A DNA stretch of 64,000 bases, from NCBI GenBank assembly GCA_009695045.1, contig SIBS01000001.1, forward strand, positions 42,942 through 106,941, given 5' to 3'. Below the pieces are notes generated by a model that was not told the origin of the DNA, did not search any database, and saw nothing but the letters and a program-made list of their open reading frames with translations. The position numbers were made by a program, and so were the translations under genes. Source of the DNA: Candidatus Levyibacteriota bacterium. GTDB lineage: Bacteria; Patescibacteriota; Microgenomatia; Levybacterales; UBA12049. Of this stretch, positions 9,449-20,400 are shown one piece after another. The stretch's first letter is position 1; the number at the start of each line of letters is the position of its first letter.

Positions 9449-10447
9449 TTATTGCATAAAGCTATCTACGATCTTAAATGCTTTTTCTTTATTTTTTTCT
9501 GTTATTTCCAACTGTACCATTCCCATTCCGGGTTGACCATAAAATATAGTTCCATAAAGAGGAGCTTGTAATAGTAACGGCAGCACAGATAAATCTTCCT
9601 CACCTAATATACATATTCCAACCTTTTTTTCCTTCCTTATTAAATCAAAAGCATCAAAAATAGCCTTAAATAAAAAAGGTGTTAATGTTCCTGATGAATT
9701 ATTTACGTTAAAAAAAATAAAATCTTTAGAAAACCCTAAATCATCTAAGGAATTATATTTTCTTTTTCTCTCTACGTATAGATCAAATATTGCCAAATCA
9801 TATTTAATTTTATGAGAATTAAAAAATAAAGTTGTTATATCACCAACTATATATATATTATTTTTAGGAATTTCTCTTAATTCCGTAATCACTGAGCCAA
9901 ATGGTTTTTTGCATATTTTTCTTGCTTTTTTACTTAAAATAATCGTCGAAATAAGCCAGTCATCCAAGATATATTTTCTACCATTTCTATTTATAAGACC
10001 CTCTCTAATTCTTGAAGAAGATATTATTTGCCCATCATTTGCTAAGACCATTTCACGCTCAATAATGGGCAGACTAGAAAGACCCATGCTTATACGTTTT
10101 TTATTTACTTCTTCAGCTCCCAACAACCTATCTCTTGAAACAATAATTGCATCTATATAAAAATTATCAATTATTGTGGGACCATAAATATTATCAATTG
10201 AGACAATAATAGAACGTTTAAAAACTCCTTTTTTCTTTAATAAATTTTCTAAGATTTTTTTTCTTATACTAAAATTTTGTATAGCATCTGAGTAGGGTGA
10301 GTTATTTTTATATTTAGAAACAAATATATCAGATGTTAATCCAATAATTACTTTTTCTCCCAGCTTAAAGCAAAATAAAATAAAATCAATATGTCCCCTA
10401 TGTAAATGATCGAATGTTCCTCCGCAAACAATTGTTTTAAATTGCAT
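9449..10447 (-). CDS. two-domain protein: archaeal-type phosphopantetheine adenylyltransferase-like nucleotidyltransferase (GGTFDHLHRGH...SSSRIR) fused to DUF359-like C-terminal domain (possible GTP-dependent dephospho-CoA kinase)
   Basis: N-terminal HxGH cytidylyltransferase motifs. The C-terminal ~165 aa carry YIVGDITT...ILGEEDLSVLP...YGQPGMGMV, which is reminiscent of the COG1909/DUF359 family. Confidence 0.45.
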   Translation of the reverse strand: MQFKTIVCGGTFDHLHRGHIDFILFCFKLGEKVIIGLTSDIFVSKYKNNSPYSDAIQNFSIRKKILENLLKKKGVFKRSIIVSIDNIYGPTIIDNFYIDAIIVSRDRLLGAEEVNKKRISMGLSSLPIIEREMVLANDGQIISSSRIREGLINRNGRKYILDDWLISTIILSKKARKICKKPFGSVITELREIPKNNIYIVGDITTLFFNSHKIKYDLAIFDLYVERKRKYNSLDDLGFSKDFIFFNVNNSSGTLTPFLFKAIFDAFDLIRKEKKVGICILGEEDLSVLPLLLQAPLYGTIFYGQPGMGMVQLEITEKNKEKAFKIVDSFMQ

Positions 10448-11327
10448 ATTTTTTTAATCTCTGTTCATATTTTTTTAAAATTAAACCACGATAATTATGG
10501 GGATGAAATGCTAAAATATTTTCAGAAATAAATTCAGTTGTTTGATGACGCTTAATACTTATCATTTGGACAATTTTTAAAAAAGTTTCAAGCTTTTTAA
10601 ATAAAAAAATAGTCATGATATCTATTTTTGATACTTTATTTAATTTATTATCTTCTACCACAATATCAAGACTATTAATTAAATATTTTTTTACCCAAAT
10701 ATTATTTATAAGAAAAGTTTTATAAAAATTACCCCTATCAAAAAGTGGTCTTAATTGCGTTATCTCATGGGCTAAATATAAATCTTTTTTTATATTTCTT
10801 AATGATAAAGCATTATTAGTTATTAACATATTCAAGCATATTGAGTTAGAGATATTTTTTCCATTTCTTTTTCTTTTTACTCCTAATATAGCTAAGATTA
10901 TTAAAACAAAAAACCTAGTACTCCAAACTGCATCTTCAGATGTAATAAGAAAAAAGTCAATATCATCATCTTTATCTGAATTATTCATTGCTAATGCCCC
11001 AGATAAGCCAATAAATAAAACTGTAGGAATTTTAGAAATAATTTTTACAATTTTTTTCGAATTTCTTATTTTAATAACGCTCTCTTTTTCCCTGCCTAAT
11101 CTTAATTTAATAATTGAATCTCGACCTTTTAAATAATACCATTCTCTTTTTTTTAATATTGCTTTTGATCTTTTAATGACTTGGTCAAAAAGTTCTTTTT
11201 CAACTTTAGTAGAAGAGATTAAATATTTCCATAATTCCTCTTTTTTTAAAGGGTAGTCAAATAAATCAGAATAACAAAGAGTTTTATTAATTTTGATTTC
11301 AATATTATAAATAATAGAATTCATCAT
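10437..11327 (-). CDS. nucleotidyltransferase-fold (Pol-beta-like) domain protein
   Basis: GLSGALAMNNSDKDDDIDFFLIT fits the GS-x(n)-DhD minimal NTase motif. The start overlaps the upstream gene end by 11 nt. Confidence 0.4.
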   Translation of the reverse strand: MMNSIIYNIEIKINKTLCYSDLFDYPLKKEELWKYLISSTKVEKELFDQVIKRSKAILKKREWYYLKGRDSIIKLRLGREKESVIKIRNSKKIVKIISKIPTVLFIGLSGALAMNNSDKDDDIDFFLITSEDAVWSTRFFVLIILAILGVKRKRNGKNISNSICLNMLITNNALSLRNIKKDLYLAHEITQLRPLFDRGNFYKTFLINNIWVKKYLINSLDIVVEDNKLNKVSKIDIMTIFLFKKLETFLKIVQMISIKRHQTTEFISENILAFHPHNYRGLILKKYEQRLKKYAI

Positions 11328-11384
11328 GAAATTATACTACACATTAATAGTTGTTAAAATTATTAAATAATTATATAGAGGATG

Positions 11385-12887
11385 TTATTGTTCATACTGC
11401 TTTATAACCTGATCAACACCTTTTGCAAGAGTTTCAACAGCAGTTTCTGGAGATGTATTTTCCAATATTGACTTTATAGCATTGCCCAGATATGTATTCA
11501 TAGCCGTATTTAGACCATTATCACTTGTGTCTCCTGCAAAGAAAGAAGACGATGAATTTTCTGCTTGTTTTACAAATGGATATATAAGATCATTATCTTT
11601 TAAAGTTATACCAAGATCTTTTCGAGGATATAGCTCGCCAAATAATCGTGTTTTAGATATTTCTGTAAATAATTTTTGTTGTGTTTCTTTTTGTGCTAAA
11701 AACTTTATAAATTCCATTGCTTCTTTCTGATGAGGACTTTTAACAGAAACGCCTTCGACCCAGTAACTTGCAATCGACTGCTCTCTTCCTAAAATATGAG
11801 GGACTGGATAAATACTGAATGATAATTCTGGATTAGATGCTCTTAGAGCAATTATGTCCCATGAATATCCAAAATAAAATGCTAATCTTCCCCTCGCAAA
11901 CATTACCATGGAAGAATCAAGAGTATCATCCCATACATTTCCATCACCTATCGCAAAAGAGGTATAGAATGATAAAGCATCACTTGAATTTTCCAATGTT
12001 TTAGATAAATTATTTATATCTGCACCATTTTGTAATAACAGTAAAGAAATAATATCTGGAGCATGATTTATGTTATCAAATGTTCCCATAGCTGTTCCAG
12101 CGGTCTTTATGATGCCCTTTTCATCTTTTACTGTAAGACTCCTAGATAATTTAGAGAAATCATCCCATGTTTGAGGAACACTTGATCCACTAGAAGTTAG
12201 AATGTCATTATTTACAAACAAAGCCAATGTATCCATATGAATCGGTATTCCAAATATTGCACCATTACGAACTATATCTCTTTGCAAAGTTGAGTAAAAA
12301 AAATTTTGAAAATCTGCTTTTGTAATAACACTTTCTGGTAATGGGGATAAAAGACGTCCAACCATAGGTAGCCATGAACTATGATAACGAAATATATCTG
12401 GACCATTTTCTTTCGGAATTCTTGTCATTAATCTATCTTTATATTGCTTTATGTCTTGCTTCTTATAGTCAATAACTATTAATGGGTGTATTTTTTGAAA
12501 ATCATTAATTGTCTTCTGCATTAAATCCTGAGACTCCCATAGCCCCCAATAGGTCAATCTTATTGGTGTAGCTTTTTGAGAAAAAAATGGAAAAACAAAT
12601 CTATATATACCAAATCCAATGCATAATAATATTATTATTCCTAATATAATTTTTATCATTAATTTAAGAATAAAAGTTTCTCCATTCTTATGGTCATTAT
12701 CTGTTGGATTAAATCCTCCAAAATGCTGCGTATTATGTATTGATTTAGCTGAATTAACTAATTGAGACTTATTTGATTGATTAACTGATGACGTTTCCAT
12801 TGAAGCAGGGCGAGGGAAAACATCCTTTTGAGATAGACTCACCTGTGGCTTTAGCTGGGAACTTTTAAATATTATATTTTCTTCCAT
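11385..12887 (-). CDS. membrane-anchored extracellular solute-binding-protein-like protein
   Basis: N-terminal TM helix (ILGIIILLCIGFGIYRF) followed by ...TYWGLWESQDL...GPDIFRYHSSW..., typical of family-1 sugar-binding proteins. No ABC partners lie adjacent. Confidence 0.4.
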   Translation of the reverse strand: MEENIIFKSSQLKPQVSLSQKDVFPRPASMETSSVNQSNKSQLVNSAKSIHNTQHFGGFNPTDNDHKNGETFILKLMIKIILGIIILLCIGFGIYRFVFPFFSQKATPIRLTYWGLWESQDLMQKTINDFQKIHPLIVIDYKKQDIKQYKDRLMTRIPKENGPDIFRYHSSWLPMVGRLLSPLPESVITKADFQNFFYSTLQRDIVRNGAIFGIPIHMDTLALFVNNDILTSSGSSVPQTWDDFSKLSRSLTVKDEKGIIKTAGTAMGTFDNINHAPDIISLLLLQNGADINNLSKTLENSSDALSFYTSFAIGDGNVWDDTLDSSMVMFARGRLAFYFGYSWDIIALRASNPELSFSIYPVPHILGREQSIASYWVEGVSVKSPHQKEAMEFIKFLAQKETQQKLFTEISKTRLFGELYPRKDLGITLKDNDLIYPFVKQAENSSSSFFAGDTSDNGLNTAMNTYLGNAIKSILENTSPETAVETLAKGVDQVIKQYEQ

Positions 12888-12922
12888 AAAGTATATATAG
12901 TATAATACGAAATACTCACATA

Positions 12923-14347
12923 ATGAAAGGTAAAAATAATAAACATCATTCTCATCATTATCATTTAATCAAAATCTTATTCTGGTTTTTCATAGGATTG
13001 AGCCTTGGACTACTCTTCGTAATTGGATTTACTTTTATTTTTTTCCAAAATAAGTATCTAAATAAAATCTATCCCGGAATAACAGTTAATGGAATAGATA
13101 TGAGTGAAATGTCTAAGGATGAAGTGAAAGATTTTTTTGATAGAAAGAATAAAAAGATGGAAGATATTCATTTTACATTCGTGAAAGATGATAATATGGC
13201 TACTATATCCGCAAAAAAACTTGAGATGGGATATAATAGTAATCTTTTAGCAAATCAAGCATATTATCTAGGAAGATCAAAAGATTTACTTTCCAACATT
13301 AGTATTATTTTTCAAGCAGGGATTAATGGCATCGATCTTTCTCCATCCTATATGTATGCAGATAATGAATTGTTAAAACTACTTGATCCAATTATACAAC
13401 AATATAAAATAAATCCCGTTAATGCATTATTTACTTTTGAAAATGGAAAAGTCGTAGCGTTTCGTCTCTCATCAGAAGGATCTTTTGTAGATATTGTTGC
13501 ATTAAAAAAAGCCATTTGGATTAAAATTCCAAATATTACATTTTATGAAAAAATGAGAACAATCATAATACCAATCCCAATAAAAATTATTAAACCAGAA
13601 ATTGACATAGACAAGGCAAATAATTTAGGCATAAAAGAATTAATTGGCTCCGGTACATCACTTTTTCATGGTTCAATAAAAGAAAGGGTATACAATATTA
13701 ATCTAGCTGTCTCAAAAATTAATGGTATATTAATAAATAATAATGAGATATTTTCTTTTAATAAATCTCTTGGAGACATATCAGCATTTACTGGATTTAA
13801 AAAAGCATATACAATACAAAACGGAAAAACAATTCTTGATGATGGTGGAGGAGTATGTCAAGTATCAACAACTTTATTTCGTGCAACCTTAAATGCAGGA
13901 TTACCAATTATAGAACGTCATGCGCATACATATAGAGTTGGATACTATGAACAAGAATCAGATCCTGGAATAGATGCTACAATATATTCTCCATCTATTG
14001 ATTTTAAATTTAAAAATGATACTGGACATTCTATTTTAATTCAAAGCTTTGTGGATAATAATTTTGAACGACTTAGTATTTTATTTTACGGATTAAATGA
14101 TAATAGACAAACTACTATTTCAAAATCTATTATTACAACTCAGATAGCTCCTGGCGAAACGATATATCGAGATGATTCATCACTTGCTAAGGGGCAGATT
14201 AAGCAAACAGAATATGCAACATGGGGAGCAAATGTATACTTTATAAGAGAAGTGAAAAAAAATGGAAAAATAATTATATCTGAAAAATACTCGTCATACT
14301 ATCAACCATGGGCATCTGTGTTTACTAAGGGAACTAAAGAGATATAG
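12923..14347 (+). CDS. VanW-family protein with N-terminal TM anchor
   Basis: ...DDGGGVCQVSTTLFRATLNAGLPIIERHAHTY... matches the VanW domain core; His-rich N-terminus plus a TM helix. Confidence 0.55.
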   Translation: MKGKNNKHHSHHYHLIKILFWFFIGLSLGLLFVIGFTFIFFQNKYLNKIYPGITVNGIDMSEMSKDEVKDFFDRKNKKMEDIHFTFVKDDNMATISAKKLEMGYNSNLLANQAYYLGRSKDLLSNISIIFQAGINGIDLSPSYMYADNELLKLLDPIIQQYKINPVNALFTFENGKVVAFRLSSEGSFVDIVALKKAIWIKIPNITFYEKMRTIIIPIPIKIIKPEIDIDKANNLGIKELIGSGTSLFHGSIKERVYNINLAVSKINGILINNNEIFSFNKSLGDISAFTGFKKAYTIQNGKTILDDGGGVCQVSTTLFRATLNAGLPIIERHAHTYRVGYYEQESDPGIDATIYSPSIDFKFKNDTGHSILIQSFVDNNFERLSILFYGLNDNRQTTISKSIITTQIAPGETIYRDDSSLAKGQIKQTEYATWGANVYFIREVKKNGKIIISEKYSSYYQPWASVFTKGTKEI

Positions 14348-14375
14348 TCAATAAATTTTTAATAATTATTTAAAT

Positions 14376-14867
14376 ATGAAAAAAAACCTAACCATTAATG
14401 AAGCTATTGAGATAAGTAAAAATTTACGAAAACAGAAAAAAATAATAATTGTTACAGGTGGATGCTTTGACATAATACATATAGGACATATTTCTCTTCT
14501 GACGGAAGCTAAAAAAAAAGGTGACATACTTTTTGTATTACTCGAAAACGATACAAATACAACTATTAATAAAGGCTTAGGTAGACCAATTAATAATCAA
14601 AAACAAAGATCTATAGTTCTAGAAGCACTTGAAACAGTTGACTATGTTATTAACCTACCAAATCTTATCAGCGACAATGAATATGATAATCTCATAACTG
14701 CGCTGAGGCCTGCGATAATTGCGACAACCAAAGGGGACTCATTTAGGAAACACAAAGAAAGACAAGCATTAATAATTGGAGCAATCGTTGTAGACGTAAT
14801 TAAGCCTATTCCTAATACCTCGACAAGTAAAATGGCAGATGTTATTCAAAAAAAATTTATGATATGA
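14376..14867 (+). CDS. cytidylyltransferase-like nucleotidyltransferase (RfaE/HldE domain II-like)
   Basis: IIIVTGGCFDIIHIGHISLL...GDILFVLLENDTN...KGLGRPINNQKQRSIVLEALETVDYV aligns with the HldE adenylyltransferase domain. Confidence 0.55.
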   Translation: MKKNLTINEAIEISKNLRKQKKIIIVTGGCFDIIHIGHISLLTEAKKKGDILFVLLENDTNTTINKGLGRPINNQKQRSIVLEALETVDYVINLPNLISDNEYDNLITALRPAIIATTKGDSFRKHKERQALIIGAIVVDVIKPIPNTSTSKMADVIQKKFMI

Positions 14868-15328
14868 AAAACTCATCTATACTGCTATTATTTTTAGCAC
14901 TTATTATTATTTTTCTAATTGACCGATATTCTTCTATAATTAACCTTTTTCCCTTAGTGGTGAGGCCTTTTATCATTATTAATAGTCATAGATTTAAAAT
15001 AATTTCTGCAAATACTCCAATAAGCCAAGAGGTTGGACTATCTACATACACCTCTTTGCCAATAGATAAGGGCATGCTTTTTACTTTTGAAAAAGCAGAT
15101 TATTATAATTTCTGGATGAAAAATATGAAAATTCCTATTGATATAATTTTTATAAATGGAGATAGTGTGGTTACGATATTTCAAAATGTTCAACCACCTA
15201 CTACTAAAGATCAAAAGCTGCCGTTATATAAGCCAGAAAAACCATCAGACTCAGTGCTTGAAATAAATGCTGGACTCACAAATAAATATAATATTAAAAA
15301 AAATGACAAAGTTAAAATATATCTTTAG
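14864..15328 (+). CDS. DUF192 (COG1430) family protein with signal/TM segment
   Basis: ...GLSTYTSLPIDKGMLFTFEKADYYNFWMKNMKIPIDIIFINGD... is the DUF192 signature. ATGA overlap with the upstream gene. Confidence 0.5.
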   Translation: MKNSSILLLFLALIIIFLIDRYSSIINLFPLVVRPFIIINSHRFKIISANTPISQEVGLSTYTSLPIDKGMLFTFEKADYYNFWMKNMKIPIDIIFINGDSVVTIFQNVQPPTTKDQKLPLYKPEKPSDSVLEINAGLTNKYNIKKNDKVKIYL

Positions 15329-15336
15329 TTATTATT

Positions 15337-16362
15337 ATGAAAATCTTAGGAATTGAAACTTCATGTGACGAAACAGGAGCATCTATTATTGAGGCATCAG
15401 CAAAATTACCATTTGTTAAGATTCGGGCTAATGTTCTTGCCTCATCTCTCGCACTACATAGTAAAACAGGAGGTATTATTCCAGAAATTGCGGCAAGAGA
15501 GCAATTAAAATATATCATCCCCACAATTGATTCTGCATTTAAGGAAGCTTGCATAAAAAGTAGCGAGATTGACGCAATTGCAGTAACCATTGGGCCAGGC
15601 TTGATTGGATCACTATTAGTAGGCGTAGAAACAGCAAAAACATTTGCCTATGCCCTAAATAAACCAATCATTCCTGTAAACCATCTTTTTGGACATATAT
15701 ATGCAAACTGGATTGATGATGGAATAAAAAAAGATATTTCATTTCCGGTAATTGCACTTATTGTTTCTGGAGGACATACAGATATTGTTCTTATGAAAAG
15801 TCATGAAGACATATTGTGGATAGGGGGGACAAGGGATGATGCAGCCGGAGAAGCATTTGATAAAATAGGAAGATTAATTGGATTATCTTATCCAGCAGGA
15901 CCAGAAATAGAAAAAATCGCAAAAAATGGAGATCCAAAATCTTTTACTTTTCCAAGACCAATGATTAAATCACTTGATTTTGATTTTTCTTTTTCAGGTC
16001 TTAAAAGCGCTGTCCTTCGTGAAGTACAAAAAGTTCCCACAATATCATCAACTTTTATTGCCAATATTAGCGCATCAGCACAAGAAGCAATTATCGATAT
16101 ATTGACAATAAAAACTCTAAAGGCAGCAATCAATCATGGTGCAAAATCAATTCTTATAGCTGGTGGGGTTGCAGCAAACAAGACCCTTAAGAAACGTTTT
16201 GAATTCGAGATTAAAAAAGAAAAATTAGAAACAACACTATATGTTCCATCGCCAAATCTATGCACAGATAATGCTGCCATGATTGCTACAGCAGGATTTT
16301 TCCAATATAAAGCGTCTTCATGGAAAGACATTACTGCAAATCCACAACTCTACTTTGACTAA
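15337..16362 (+). CDS. tsaD: tRNA N6-adenosine threonylcarbamoyltransferase TsaD (Kae1/Gcp)
   Basis: MKILGIETSCDETGASII..., HLFGHIYANW, GGVAANKTLKK are TsaD hallmarks. Confidence 0.85.
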   Translation: MKILGIETSCDETGASIIEASAKLPFVKIRANVLASSLALHSKTGGIIPEIAAREQLKYIIPTIDSAFKEACIKSSEIDAIAVTIGPGLIGSLLVGVETAKTFAYALNKPIIPVNHLFGHIYANWIDDGIKKDISFPVIALIVSGGHTDIVLMKSHEDILWIGGTRDDAAGEAFDKIGRLIGLSYPAGPEIEKIAKNGDPKSFTFPRPMIKSLDFDFSFSGLKSAVLREVQKVPTISSTFIANISASAQEAIIDILTIKTLKAAINHGAKSILIAGGVAANKTLKKRFEFEIKKEKLETTLYVPSPNLCTDNAAMIATAGFFQYKASSWKDITANPQLYFD

Positions 16363-16384
16363 AAACCCATGATACAATAATTAT

Positions 16385-17380
16385 ATGAACATTGAATTAT
16401 TTCTTGGAATTATTATTTTACTTATACTTATTGGATTTGTATTTATTTATAAAAAAATTACTAACATACAAAAAGACAATACTAATGCAGCTCTTCTCGA
16501 ATGGCTTAAATCGATGCAGAAAACCGTAGATACCAGTTCTTCACATATGATTAATACCCTGCAGGAAAACTCCAAACAGCTCAACGATCGACTAGATAGA
16601 ACAGCTGCCGTGATAAAGGATGTTAGCAAGGAAGTTGGGCAAATGAGCGAGATTGGCAGAAGCATGAAAGAGCTGCAAGATTTCCTCAAGAGCCCAAAGC
16701 TTCGAGGAAATATTGGAGAGCAAGTTTTAAATGATCTTATTTCACAAATGTTTCCAAAAAATAGTTTTAATTTACAGTATCAATTTCGCTCCGGCGACAA
16801 GGTAGATGTAGCAATCAGAACAGATGCTGGAATTTTATGTATTGATTCTAAATTTCCTATGGAAAATTTTCAAAAAATGACAAAAGCATCAATCGAAACT
16901 AGAGAATTATTTCAAAAAGATTTTACTAGAGATGTAAAAAAACATATTGATGCAATTTCCAAAAAATATATTCTTCCAGAAGAGGGAACGATGGATTTCT
17001 CACTAATGTATGTTCCAAGCGAAAGTGTATATTATGAAATTGTAAATATGACAGACATCATGGAACATGCACGAAAATCACGTATATATATTGTTTCACC
17101 AAGCACTTTGTATGCACATTTACAAACAATCCTTTTATCATTTGAAGGAAGGAAAATAGAACAACGATCTCATGAAGTTTTAAAAATTATAAGAGGATTA
17201 CAAATTGACTATGGAAAAGTAGATGAAAATATGTCTATTTTAGGTAGACATCTTACAAACGCACACTCACAATTTAATAATGTTAATACTGGATTTTCTC
17301 AATTAGGACAAAAGATATCAAATGCAAATATACTAGGAGATAAAGAAGAAGATGAAAAATTAAAAACTATTTTAAAATAA
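16385..17380 (+). CDS. rmuC: DNA recombination protein RmuC
   Basis: N-terminal TM helix, a coiled coil, then GEQVLNDLISQMFP...FRSGDKVDVAIRTDAGILCIDSKFPMENF, which is the RmuC nuclease-like core. Confidence 0.6.
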   Translation: MNIELFLGIIILLILIGFVFIYKKITNIQKDNTNAALLEWLKSMQKTVDTSSSHMINTLQENSKQLNDRLDRTAAVIKDVSKEVGQMSEIGRSMKELQDFLKSPKLRGNIGEQVLNDLISQMFPKNSFNLQYQFRSGDKVDVAIRTDAGILCIDSKFPMENFQKMTKASIETRELFQKDFTRDVKKHIDAISKKYILPEEGTMDFSLMYVPSESVYYEIVNMTDIMEHARKSRIYIVSPSTLYAHLQTILLSFEGRKIEQRSHEVLKIIRGLQIDYGKVDENMSILGRHLTNAHSQFNNVNTGFSQLGQKISNANILGDKEEDEKLKTILK

Positions 17381-17424
17381 TAAATACTATAACCTACTTA
17401 ATATTAATCTAGTATCTTTAATTT

Positions 17425-20400
17425 TTATTTTCCAATAAAAGAACGAAGAATACAATATCTACAATCATCATCACTGCACTTAATATTCCAGAATGTAAGA
17501 TTAATAATTTTTTCTCCTGTATCAATAATTTGATTAATAAGCATACTGACCTCATCATCTGTAATCACAAAAGATTCAGATTTAAATCTTCCTCCCTCAT
17601 CTGGTTCTATGAATTCTATGATTCCATTTTTCATTTTATAAAAACCGTCTCTAAAATTATCTAAAAGAATTTTATAAAAAATTAACTGCCTTTTATAATT
17701 TCCGCTACTAGATTTAGTTAATCCTTCTATTTCATTTCTTGATTTTGGCTTACCAGTTTTAAAATCATAAACATTAAACGCATTACTATTAATTGGAGCA
17801 ATCATGTCAATTTTTCCATTAATAAAAATGTTGTCATTAATATAGATTCCATTAATCGCAACTTCACTTTCAATATTTAAATTCCAGCCATTCATTTTTT
17901 CATCATAATATTTTCCCAATGCTTCAGTGCCTTTTTTTAAAAAAGTTAAAAAATCTTTTTGAAGTATAGGCTGTCTTAATAATTCATCTTTAAAAAATCC
18001 TAATAATATTTCCTTACTAGTATTACCATTTTTAAAAGAGTTTATATATTTATTTATAGCAAAATGTATAGCGTTGCCAAATAATCCAGCATCATCAATT
18101 ATCTCTGGTATTCTAATTAAATTGTTAAAAAAATATTTCCATGGACATTCATTAAAATTATTTAAAGCACTTACGGAAAGTCCTTGTCGTTTAAAGAGTT
18201 CTGAAATATATTCTCTTAAAAAAGGTGTAGGAATATTACTATTGGCATTATTAGATATTAATATATTAAACATTTTTTCTTTATGTATAAGAAGATTTTT
18301 TTCAAATTTATCTACATTTATATTTTCACTTAAATCTATTGGTATTTCGCTAATGAATTGTGATGGAATCTGTTCTCGACCATCTTGAGATAATAATGAA
18401 TATGACAAAAATATATTTTTTCTAGCCCTTGTTAAAGCAACATAAAATAATCTTCTCTCATCGACATTATCATCGTTCTCAATATCCCCATCTAGCTTAA
18501 GCCCCAAATGGCTCCATGGAATATTAAAAGTTATATTTTTTCTTCTTGAATTACCCCAATGACCATCAAATACATTGATAACAAAAACATAGTCAAATTC
18601 AAGTCCTTTTGATTTATGAACAGTCATAATTCTTACGATATTATCAGGATTTATCTGAGAACTACGCTTAATAGATAATTTATTGCTTTCAATTAAGTCA
18701 ATATATTCTATAAAGCTGGATAGAGAAAATGAAGAATTTTTTCCAACCTCTTCTTTAGCTACATCAAAAAGGCACATTATGCGACCTAATATTTCCTGCG
18801 CATGTGTCTTTTCTAAAATTTTATTTATCAAACCGCTATTATATAAAACATCTATAAAAACCTTATCAAATCTTTCATTTGAAGATTTTTTAATTAATCC
18901 ATTTTTCTCATCAATAAAAAATGATATGAAATTATCAATTTCTTTTTTATTTATTATAGATAATTTTTTAAAAAAATTTTTATCTTTAAAAATATCCCAA
19001 ATAGATATTTTATTATCATAACCTCCTCGTATTAATTTAAAAGCATCAAGTGGATGAACATTAAAGCAGTCAAGAAGCAATGCTTTTTTTATAAATTCAT
19101 CTCTATTCTTTAAGGGTTCATTCAATGTTCTAAATAATAATATTAATTTCTGCACATCTAAATCATCTAAAATATTACTATCAGACTCAACGATATATTG
19201 AATTTTAAAACTATCAAAAATAGAAATTAAAGAATCAATATCTTTATTTTTTCTTGCTAAAACAGCTATATTATGTCCTAGCGTAGAATTATTTACCAAC
19301 AAATTATTTATTTTTTCTGCAATCCAAAAATATTCTAGATCTGATGATCTTAATTCAACTATTCCAATCTTTTCTTCTTGATGTATTGATTTTTTTATTA
19401 AACCTTCTGATTCTGATAAAATTTGTGTTGATTTAGGATTATTTAAAATAATTGCATGAGCTACATCAAGGATTGTCTGAGTAGAGCGATAATTTTCTGA
19501 TAGATTTATTAATTTTGCATCTGGATATATTTTTTTAAAATATAAAAAATTTTCAAGAGTTGCTCCTTGAAAACGAAATATTGCCTGCTTCTCATCACCT
19601 ACTACAAATAGATTTGGACTATCGAAATAATTACATAATAATTCTACAATCTTAGCCTGGGCTGCATTCGTATCTTGATGTTCATCAACTAAAAAATATT
19701 GAAATTTTTCTTGTAAAATTTGAAGGAGATATGAATTTTCTGTTAATTTCCGGATAACCTCCAGAAGCATATCATTATAATCATATTTTTTATTTTCAAA
19801 CATTTTTTTCTGATATTCCTTAAATACTAGCAATAGTTCTTTATTTTTTTCATAATCTTTATATAATTTTTGATATATACTCTTCATTTTTCCTTTATGT
19901 GCACCTTTCTCATGAAATAAATCAGGAAAAGAATCTAAATCTTTTTTAAAATTTTCCAGTGCATATTCAAAAGATTCAGGGCTTACATTCTCACTCTTCA
20001 ATTTACCAATAGCATGTATTAGATGAATAAAGTAATAATTTTTGTCTCCTAAAGGACGGAGGATTATAAGTGGTAGATGCATTACACATTTTTCAATTAT
20101 TTGCAGTTGCTCAATTTCATTAATGCTTACTGAATCAATAATATGAGAAAATTCTTCTTGATTTGATTTTATAAAATTATTACAAAAAGAATGAAAAGTG
20201 GTTATCTCAGCTCGATATGCATCCTGACCAATAACAGAAAGCAATCTTTTTCTCATCTCCAATGCAGCTGCTTCTGTAAAAGTAAGAGCTAATATATTTT
20301 CTGGATTAACTTGAGTCTTGAGCAAGATATTAGCAATACGAAGAGTGAGAACTTGAGTTTTTCCCGTACCCGGACCAGCGACAACCATTACTGGCCCCTC

